Shown here piece after piece: positions 1 to 6,379 of a DNA stretch of 32,000 nt; within the stretch, counting starts at the first letter, position 1, and every line of letters starts with the position of its first letter. The notes beneath the pieces were generated by a model that worked only from the letters and a program-made list of their open reading frames with translations, was not told the origin of the DNA and did no database searches. Origin of the DNA: Mycolicibacterium smegmatis (GTDB lineage: Bacteria; Actinomycetota; Actinomycetes; Mycobacteriales; Mycobacteriaceae). The DNA lies in contig NZ_LN831039.1 of the NCBI RefSeq assembly GCF_001457595.1, positions 5,070,001 through 5,102,000 on the forward strand, written 5' to 3'. A program made the translations under genes and the position numbers.

Positions 1-11
1 ACTGTTTTCGG

Positions 12-989
12 TCATGGACCGTCTCTGCGCGGCTGCACCCCAAAGAACGCGCCCCCACCCGAACCCGGTTGATTGTCAAAGCCGGTGTAGTCAAAAGTGA
101 TTCCGTTTGTGTCCCACCCGCCAGGGTTGCCGATGGACGGACCCCAAATCCCGCCAGGCATCATGACGTAAGGTGTTGAAACCGTGAGCCTTTCGGCGAA
201 CTGATCGAGCATGTCGGGTTCCTGTTGCCGCGCTTTCTCGAATAGCTCCGCTTGGCGTTGGCGGTCACTGATGTAAAGCCCGGTTCGGATCGCTTGGCCG
301 GGCTTGTCGAGCACGACAGTCATCACGTTGTCGCCCACCTTGTCTGTGAGCGCGCTCGTTTCCAGTACGGCGTCCCTGAGAATGTCCCTCACTTGGTCGG
401 GGACTTCATCGGCGGGGCAACTGAGCGCAGTCAATCGTGCCTTCGCACGGTCGATGATCGGGTTATTCACCATACCAACAGCATCGATGTAGAACGCTTT
501 GAATTGCTGTGTATCAGGCCGCATTTCGATGCTTGTGACCGAATCACCTTGGGCCTTAGTGCGAAACATTACCTTGGTTACCATGCCGTCTTTGCGTTGC
601 ACACCTGACGCGAGAACGATTGTCGCACGCTTCTTTTCACTGGCTAGCAGATGTGAGTAAGCGTCTCGCAGCGCGTTCTCCACGCGGTTGCGAATCTCTC
701 GGTAATGCAAGTCCGGTGGCGGCTGCCAGAACGTCATCATGGCGGGCGCAAGCTCGTCGTATCCGCTGATCGCTTCTGCGATGAGTCGATCAGTCGGCTT
801 GCCGTCGAGAAACGCCAGCCCGGTATAGCCCAGCACGACCCAACAGTCGATGCCCAGAACTACAACGGTCTTGTTGCTGTGCGGATCGTATTCGCCGGTT
901 GGATTATCTGGCGTCGGCTCGACGCTAACGAATCGGTCGCTCGCATGGAACGCCCAATTTCCCACGACTGCGGCGACGATCAGCGTCAT
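12..989 (-). CDS. Orphan protein, 325 aa; possible N-terminal-nucleophile (HslV/proteasome-beta-like) hydrolase; function unknown
   Basis: Complete ORF. Its ATG (989-987) overlaps the integrase stop (988-986) as ATGA, which implies co-transcription and translational coupling. The N-terminus MTLIVAAVVGNWAFHASD...NKTVVV...LGYTG parallels HslV TTIVSV...AGD...KKVRRL...AGFAG: Thr follows Met directly and Asp sits at mature position 17. No other family recognised. GC is lower than the core. Confidence 0.65.
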   Translation of the reverse strand: MTLIVAAVVGNWAFHASDRFVSVEPTPDNPTGEYDPHSNKTVVVLGIDCWVVLGYTGLAFLDGKPTDRLIAEAISGYDELAPAMMTFWQPPPDLHYREIRNRVENALRDAYSHLLASEKKRATIVLASGVQRKDGMVTKVMFRTKAQGDSVTSIEMRPDTQQFKAFYIDAVGMVNNPIIDRAKARLTALSCPADEVPDQVRDILRDAVLETSALTDKVGDNVMTVVLDKPGQAIRTGLYISDRQRQAELFEKARQQEPDMLDQFAERLTVSTPYVMMPGGIWGPSIGNPGGWDTNGITFDYTGFDNQPGSGGGAFFGVQPRRDGP

Positions 990-2176
990 GCCGACACGCC
1001 CACGCTGGCTGCCAACGTATCGGCCCGCAACGCCGAGAGAGCGTCGGCAACGGCGATGTCACGGCCCGACACCTGTTGCTGATAGATCAGGCTGGCTTTG
1101 TGGGTGGAATGCCGCAGCCGCGCCATCGTCTCGACCAGGTTGCCGACCTGAGCCGTCATGGTGCCCGCGAAGTGACGCAGATCGTGCACCCGCATATCGT
1201 TGTGCCCAACTGCACTCAGCGCCGGTTTGAAAACGTCTTTGGCGAACACCCGATCATTGACGTGGCACCCGCCGCGCGCGGGCGTGAACAGAAGCGAATC
1301 ACCCGCTTTATCAACGTGATTGGCTAGGTGCGCTCTTATGTCATCCCGAATGTGTGGAGGGATCACCACCTTGGCGGGCTTGCCGTCTTTAGGCGTGTCG
1401 ATGATGCATTCGCCGCTTCGGTGGGTTACACCACGCGCCACCGTGACCACAGTGCAATCGGCATCGAAGTCTTTTCGGCGCAGCTCCGACACTTCCCCGT
1501 ACCGCAGGCCGCACCACGCAGAAATCAACACCAGGGCGCGGAAGCGGGCGTTTTTGGTGTCGCCACCCAACTTGTCGGCAATGGCCTCAAGCTCGGGAAT
1601 CGTTGGCACAACGGCCTGGCGCTTGGTCTTCGGGTTCATTGCCCGTTCGATCATGCAGGGGTTGCGCTCAATCAATCCGTCTCGTACGGCGGTATTGCAA
1701 ACCATGTTGAGCAAACCGTACGCGTGAGCGTTGCGCGTCGGGTGCGTCGAGCCGAGGCCGGAGAACCACGTCCGCACCAAAGCAGGACTCAGGTCACGAA
1801 CCGCGTACTTGCCGAGCTTGGGCGCGATGTAGTTCGTCAGCGACGCCTCATAACCGATTCGGGTTCGCGGTTTGAGGTTGCGTTCACTGATCACCGCTTT
1901 CGCGTATTCGGCGACGGTGACCGCCACGGCCTTATTTTCCTCGGTGATCACTTCGGGCGGTTTCCACGACGACAGTCCCTCATCGCTCGCCGCGCACCGG
2001 TCGATCCGTTCCTTTTCTTTGTTGAGCCATCGTTCGGCGATCATTTTCGAGTCGAAGGTGACTGGCGCGAAGTGCCGCCGCAGATCGGGACCGATGTAAG
2101 ACGCTTGGAAGCGCGCCGATTTGGTGGGTTGCTTGCGAATAGATCCCCACTCGCGAGGGTTCTTTTTACCGGCCAT
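986..2176 (-). CDS. int: Tyrosine recombinase / phage-type site-specific integrase
   Basis: 396-aa ORF. The catalytic pattern is visible: CGLRYGEV (Arg I), VHDLRHFAGT (His-x-x-Arg) and LRHSTHKASLIYQQ (His plus Tyr nucleophile). The basic N-terminal arm-type region (MAGKKNPREWGSIRKQPTKSARFQASYIG) is typical of actinobacterial phage/ICE integrases. Confidence 0.93.
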   Translation of the reverse strand: MAGKKNPREWGSIRKQPTKSARFQASYIGPDLRRHFAPVTFDSKMIAERWLNKEKERIDRCAASDEGLSSWKPPEVITEENKAVAVTVAEYAKAVISERNLKPRTRIGYEASLTNYIAPKLGKYAVRDLSPALVRTWFSGLGSTHPTRNAHAYGLLNMVCNTAVRDGLIERNPCMIERAMNPKTKRQAVVPTIPELEAIADKLGGDTKNARFRALVLISAWCGLRYGEVSELRRKDFDADCTVVTVARGVTHRSGECIIDTPKDGKPAKVVIPPHIRDDIRAHLANHVDKAGDSLLFTPARGGCHVNDRVFAKDVFKPALSAVGHNDMRVHDLRHFAGTMTAQVGNLVETMARLRHSTHKASLIYQQQVSGRDIAVADALSALRADTLAASVGVSA

Positions 2177-2395
2177 TTCGTATGCACCCCTTCGTGAAAT
2201 CCCACCGGGTTCCCGGTAGGAATCCTGCGGCCCTCGTCGTTAACCAGTGGGTTTGCTAGGTCCCAACTATGTTCCAACGATGTGAACCATTCTACCCTGT
2301 GCAGGGTGCGCGAAGTGAGCGAACTTTCTTGGACTCAAATCGGTTGTGTTGCAAAGTGATTGCAGGTCACCACTCATATCGGCGCTTCAACGGAC

Positions 2396-2425
2396 GGCAC
2401 TTTCGAATCCTGCCGGGGGCACCCA
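2396..2425 (+). other. tRNA 3'-end-like fragment (T-loop TTCGAAT plus acceptor-like CGGGGGCA CC(C)A); candidate att core, not an intact tRNA
   Basis: The sequence ggcac-tTTCGAAT-cctgc-cgggggc-a-ccca sits 220 nt from the integrase start. The T-stem has mismatches (gcact versus cctgc). No complementary 5' acceptor strand (tgccccc/gcccccg) occurs within 90 nt upstream, so it is only a 3' fragment. Confidence 0.35.
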
Positions 2426-2703
2426 GTCTCTTCCTGGCAAGGCACGCGGCATTGCAATTTTTCCCATGCGCCACCTGTTTTTTGACGGAGTCCACAGCTC
2501 CATGCGACTGCTGGCCGCAGGGCGTCGCTGTGCGACTCCTCAGCCGCAGTGATCGCCCAAAAGGCCGCCGCCGAGGTGCTGTACATCGCACGTTTTGCCG
2601 TCACCGTGGCCCGATAGCGTGGAATCACTGCAAGACTGGCGGGCTGATTCACATGAGGATGTTCAAGTGCCGAACTTGCTGAACCGACCGACTGCGCGGC
2701 TCC

Positions 2704-4068
2704 TTAATCGGGTTGGAATCCGTCGGCGAAAGCCAGGACGTGGGGAGAGAGCAGGCTGAAGGGCGGCACTTTCACACGATGGGTAAAACCAGGCCCCGTC
2801 TGAAGTGCGTACATCCCGCGCCTGCCCCCGAAGCGACCGATGAGTTCCCGCACCACCTCGGCGTTGTATGCCACGTCGGGGTACAGAACGGCCTCAATTT
2901 GGGGATGCAGGTCGCGGATGAGCGGTTGAATGTTTTGGATCATCGCCAACACGCTCGGGTCGGAGTCCATCGCTTGCAGTTCGCTACGTTTCAGCCATCG
3001 CTTATTCCAAGACCACTTGGTGTAGTCGAGCAGCGCGCTGCGGTCGACATCGACAACAACTGCAGGCTCACCGTGCAAACTTGCGGCGAAGTTGTACTTG
3101 AAAGCGTCGATACTTACGTGTCGCAACACGTCTCCCTGCACCATCAGCCAACGGTAGTCGAATGACTTCTTCTTCAAGTTTTTGAACAACTTTCGGGCGG
3201 ACCGCGTTTCATGCGCGAACCGCCCGAACTTCTCCCGAGCTCTCCTGATCGTCTGTTCTTCTAGAATTTGAAGGGCACCAGTGAACGAAACCAGCGCAGA
3301 CCGCAACTTGCGCTTGCGCTCCTCTATCGCCTCGGTATCGGTGAACGATATACCGCCAGCTTGAAGGTGGGTGATGATGTCGATCACCACATCACAAAGC
3401 CGGTCGCTTTCATCGGAAAGATGCTGAAACAAGTCAGCCTCTAACATCTTCTCCAGCGCTCTGTATGCGTGGAGATAACGGGTGTGATCAGCCGGGGTGA
3501 AAGAGGCCACCTTTTCGAAGATCGGTGCGTCAGACCGGTTTGGGTCCCGATGAAACAAGATCGCCCCGTAAGGGTCCGCCCCGGCTTCAGCGTCATCCGC
3601 ATCCAACTTAGCTTCGATGTGTGCGCCAACATCCAGCGCCGCTGTAAAAGTTGCCCCAGTGAGAGGCATTCGCTGTCTGATCTGTTCAGCGGTGGGCATT
3701 ACATCGGTGAGCCACGTTTCGCCTTCCTGCAGCAGGCGCTCTAGCGCTTCACGCAGCGATTGCTCGGCTTCAGCACGAGTGGCCCGGTCCCTAGCATCGG
3801 GCGTCTCGTAGTGGTCTCTTGTTGCGGAGTTCATCGCCTGTACCAACGCGCGCGACGTCTCGGCAATGATCACCATCGCTGGAGTGCCCGGCGGTGGCGC
3901 AGTATCCGGCGAAAGACCACTGTGCCACGCATCGGAGGCGCTCTCGCAAAAGTCCAGCGGAGTGTCACCGTCTAGCCGCGGTAATGATGCGATGAATCTG
4001 CTGAGCCAATCCAACCAGCACCGAAGCAGCACAGGATCGTTGTCATCGGTATTGCCTTCGCCAGCCAC
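2704..4068 (-). CDS. Orphan protein, 454 aa, apparently soluble and helix-rich; function unknown
   Basis: Long ORF with a GTG start at 4068, preceded by AAGGGG 9 nt upstream. No TM segment, no Walker A and no recognisable catalytic motif. Spot GC of 48-60% is well below the core. Divergent from the 4239 gene. Confidence 0.75.
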   Translation of the reverse strand: MAGEGNTDDNDPVLLRCWLDWLSRFIASLPRLDGDTPLDFCESASDAWHSGLSPDTAPPPGTPAMVIIAETSRALVQAMNSATRDHYETPDARDRATRAEAEQSLREALERLLQEGETWLTDVMPTAEQIRQRMPLTGATFTAALDVGAHIEAKLDADDAEAGADPYGAILFHRDPNRSDAPIFEKVASFTPADHTRYLHAYRALEKMLEADLFQHLSDESDRLCDVVIDIITHLQAGGISFTDTEAIEERKRKLRSALVSFTGALQILEEQTIRRAREKFGRFAHETRSARKLFKNLKKKSFDYRWLMVQGDVLRHVSIDAFKYNFAASLHGEPAVVVDVDRSALLDYTKWSWNKRWLKRSELQAMDSDPSVLAMIQNIQPLIRDLHPQIEAVLYPDVAYNAEVVRELIGRFGGRRGMYALQTGPGFTHRVKVPPFSLLSPHVLAFADGFQPD

Positions 4069-4214
4069 TGGATCCTGCCCCTTTCTAACTTAGCGTCCGA
4101 TCCTATGCCTCGGTACCGACAAGCAGGCGAACCGCCAAAGCGCGTTCGAGCGCTTTTACGACACAGGTCGGAACAGTTCCCACTGGTCGGCGAGCCACCT
4201 GCACACGAGCCAGA

Positions 4215-4233
4215 GATGCTATTCGATAGCATC
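4215..4233. promoter_or_regulatory. Perfect 8-bp inverted repeat GATGCTAT-tcg-ATAGCATC immediately upstream of the 4239 start codon
   Basis: Read directly from the sequence. It ends 5 nt before the GTG at 4239, occupying the position where a Shine-Dalgarno would be expected. Candidate operator or translational hairpin. Confidence 0.3.
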
Positions 4234-4238
4234 CGCTC

Positions 4239-5243
4239 GTGAGCAGTTTCAAACACCGCAGGCAACGCATAGAGGAAGCTCTTGGCTTCAGCGCCACAAC
4301 TTTGACCTTCCTTGGCCTGATGTTCGTCGCGGGAATTATTCTCTGCATTTCGCTCTCACTCACCGATCTCGGGATTGGTTTTACTGAACCTGCATTGCTC
4401 ACGCGATTCAACGGAGAGTGGCTGCGAAGCCACTCCTACATACCCAACATTCTCGCCGGCTTGACGGGATTTTTAGTGGGGGTGCCGGTTGCGCTAGTGG
4501 TTCTCCAAACTGTAATTGGAAAGCGCGAGGATAACGTCGAGTTAGCCAAAGCCAAGCGTGTGACCGCCGCAGCATGGCGCGACTTCCGCAGTGCGGCATT
4601 TGAATTTGGCTCTCCTACTCGACGCAATGCGTTGCTCAGCATCGCACTCCACGAGGTCTATCCGCTGTACGAAGAGATCTTTAAGCGTCTCCAGGATTAC
4701 CGAGGCCAGAAACCCTTCGTTTCTCCGACCCAGGACCAGCACGACGAACTCATCGCGTACCTGAAATCCAAAGAAGCCGAGTTCAAGCGGAAGATTGATT
4801 CGGTGACAGCGAAAGTCGGCAATATAGATGAGTTGCTGAAATTATGGTCACGCGTGCTTTCAACTTGGTCTGTGGTAAATGTATACGTGCGCTCGCGCAG
4901 AATCGAGTTGGGTCTTTCTTGGTTTAATGACGACTCGAACTCGATTTTAGTTTCCGCACTAGCCACTACAGCAAGCCCCCTTGCCGATTTCACACACGTC
5001 CATAACGGCTTCGGCGCAAGGCCACCGGCCAGTATGGACATGGCGCATCAATGGATTTTGAGCTATATACGCTGGGAGAAAGACAAGCTTGACCGAACGC
5101 TGCAGTCTGACGACAAAGTGTTCGGCGTCGAGGGTGTCGAGGACTATCGGAAACACACCCAGCAGGCCGCGCTTTTTCTGAATGGCCTTCACCACGCGAT
5201 TAAGCAGATCGATGAAGAAGGCTGGCCGGATCAGTCGGCCTGA
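4239..5243 (+). CDS. Orphan membrane protein, 334 aa: two N-terminal TM helices plus a roughly 240-aa soluble helical domain; function unknown
   Basis: ORF with a GTG start. Hydrophobic segments are TLTFLGLMFVAGIILCISLSL and ILAGLTGFLVGVPVALVVLQTVIG. This is the lowest-GC part of the window (47-48% in lines 4801-4920). No known family recognised. The start codon is uncertain because no SD is present. Confidence 0.75.
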   Translation: MSSFKHRRQRIEEALGFSATTLTFLGLMFVAGIILCISLSLTDLGIGFTEPALLTRFNGEWLRSHSYIPNILAGLTGFLVGVPVALVVLQTVIGKREDNVELAKAKRVTAAAWRDFRSAAFEFGSPTRRNALLSIALHEVYPLYEEIFKRLQDYRGQKPFVSPTQDQHDELIAYLKSKEAEFKRKIDSVTAKVGNIDELLKLWSRVLSTWSVVNVYVRSRRIELGLSWFNDDSNSILVSALATTASPLADFTHVHNGFGARPPASMDMAHQWILSYIRWEKDKLDRTLQSDDKVFGVEGVEDYRKHTQQAALFLNGLHHAIKQIDEEGWPDQSA

Positions 5244-5714
5244 ACATCAAGACCGGAAAAACACATTCCCAAGAGCCTTGGGGCGGAGTCCGACCGCAGC
5301 GGCTTCGCGGGTAAGCCGTCAGTTCCCAAGGCCCGCACGCTGCACGACGCCGATACAGCACGAACAGTCGGCCCGCGGCGGCCGCTGCCGACTACCCCAG
5401 CGGCCCGCGTGAACACGTCGAAGAAGTCTTCTGAGCGCATTGAGGGCAGATTCAGACGCGCGCTAAAAGCGGCAAATCGGCCTCGCCTCAGCGTGCGATC
5501 AAGCTCCATCCTCCGTTAATGGCACCTACTGAGGTACCCACCCTGCGGGGACACTCAGATCAGACACTCTCCACGCGGACCGTGGCACCTCTCACACAGC
5601 TTATCGGGAATTTTTTCAAATCCCCGCAGAAACTTGCTGGCCGCAACCGCCTCCGACCGATTACGCTGGCGCTACGAGTTGTGCGCATCACTCCAGGACA
5701 CAGGGGACACAGAC

Positions 5715-6143
5715 ATGAACAAGTTCATCGCAGCGGCGGTGGCCGCCGGAGCACTCGGTGCGGGGCTTGCCTTCGCCGCGCCTGCCTCGGCAGCACCCAA
5801 CTGCTCCGACGTCGTCGACAAGATCAACAACGGCGTTGAGGTCGACGGGGAGACGCAGGACTACACGCCGAGCTACACCGAGAGGTGGACCTGCGCGGTC
5901 GACATCCAGGCCAACAAGTGGGCTACGTTCCCCGGTGACCTCGCCGGCAAGTGGGCCGGTTTCCCCGCTGACACCGCCAACAAGTGGGCCGAATTCCCCG
6001 GCAAGACCGCCAAGAAGTGGACCGATTTCCCCGGCGACCTCGCTGAAAAGTGGGGCGTCGGAGGAGGGGGCGGCGGCGGTAACGGCGGCGGCAACGAGAA
6101 CGGCGGCGGCGGCGAGAACGGCGGCGGCGGCAACGAAGGCTGA
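5715..6143 (+). CDS. Secreted repeat protein, 142 aa: signal peptide, 4.5 copies of an 11-aa A-x-K-W-x-x-F-P-G-D-x repeat and a Gly/Asn/Glu-rich tail
   Basis: ATG at 5715 is preceded by AGGGGA. The signal peptide MNKFIAAAVAAGALGAGLAFAAPASA has an AxA site. Repeats read ANKWATFPGDL AGKWAGFPADT ANKWAEFPGKT AKKWTDFPGDL AEKW. The tail is GGGGGGGNGGGNENGGGGENGGGGNEG. A paralogue lies at 13130-13531. Confidence 0.8.
   Translation: MNKFIAAAVAAGALGAGLAFAAPASAAPNCSDVVDKINNGVEVDGETQDYTPSYTERWTCAVDIQANKWATFPGDLAGKWAGFPADTANKWAEFPGKTAKKWTDFPGDLAEKWGVGGGGGGGNGGGNENGGGGENGGGGNEG
5910..6056 (+). repeat. In-frame 33-bp tandem repeat (4 full units plus a partial one) encoding the KW..FPGD 11-mers
   Basis: Units start at 5910, 5943, 5976, 6009 and 6042, each beginning gcc/gct-(a/g)a(c/g/a)-aag-tgg. 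Confidence 0.9.
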
Positions 6144-6165
6144 CGCCCCACTCACGATCCACTCA

Positions 6166-6200
6166 ATCAGTGGCGATCCGCTCAGCGGGTCGCCACTGAT
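6166..6200 (+). terminator. Intrinsic-terminator-like hairpin after the repeat-protein gene
   Basis: ATCAGTGGCGA-t-CCGC-tca-GCGG-g-TCGCCACTGAT: an 11-bp plus 4-bp stem joined by a U-G pair, with a 3-nt loop, followed by cgTTTat. It lies 23 nt after the stop codon. Confidence 0.55.
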
Positions 6201-6379
6201 CGTTTATCCGGGACTTTCTCACCGCATTCACTTTTTGCGGATTCAATTGACTACCAAAACAGTCGGCAAAGAGAAATTCTCGACCGCCGGAATCGAAACC
6301 TCTCGCCGCGATACAGTCACGTTGATCGGCATCCGAGTCAGTTGGCACCTGACAGTGACACGCCGAAAGAGGGTCTCGT

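Noticed and set aside
2340-2432. Possible intact tRNA gene around the TTCGAATCC motif
   Set aside because: No 5' acceptor strand complementary to cgggggc/gggggca occurs upstream. The T-stem has two mismatches and no D-arm or anticodon arm can be drawn. It is kept only as a 3' fragment and att candidate.
2374-2652. 92-aa ORF on the minus strand in the int-proximal gap (also 2367-2591, 2269-2682 and 2346-2552)
   Set aside because: It has a GTG start with no Shine-Dalgarno (upstream reads ...catcctcat). Third-position composition is mixed and decays in the second half. It overlaps the tRNA-like remnant on the opposite strand and has no recognisable family. It might still be a small gene, but I cannot support it.
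5231-5509. 92-aa minus-strand ORF in the gap between the island and the repeat-protein gene
   Set aside because: The text is Arg/Ser/Gly-rich and low in complexity, with no motif and no clear RBS. It is probably non-coding DNA or a decayed remnant at the island border.
5910-6056. 33-bp tandem repeats as a possible CRISPR array
   Set aside because: The units are directly abutting with no spacers. They lie in frame inside a secreted-protein gene and no cas genes are present.
6201-6379. c-di-GMP or other riboswitch in the leader of the PgaC-like operon
   Set aside because: Only short 5-bp hairpins were found (ccgca/tgcgg and gtcag/ctgac). I could not recognise any conserved riboswitch core by eye. 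A covariance-model scan would be needed.
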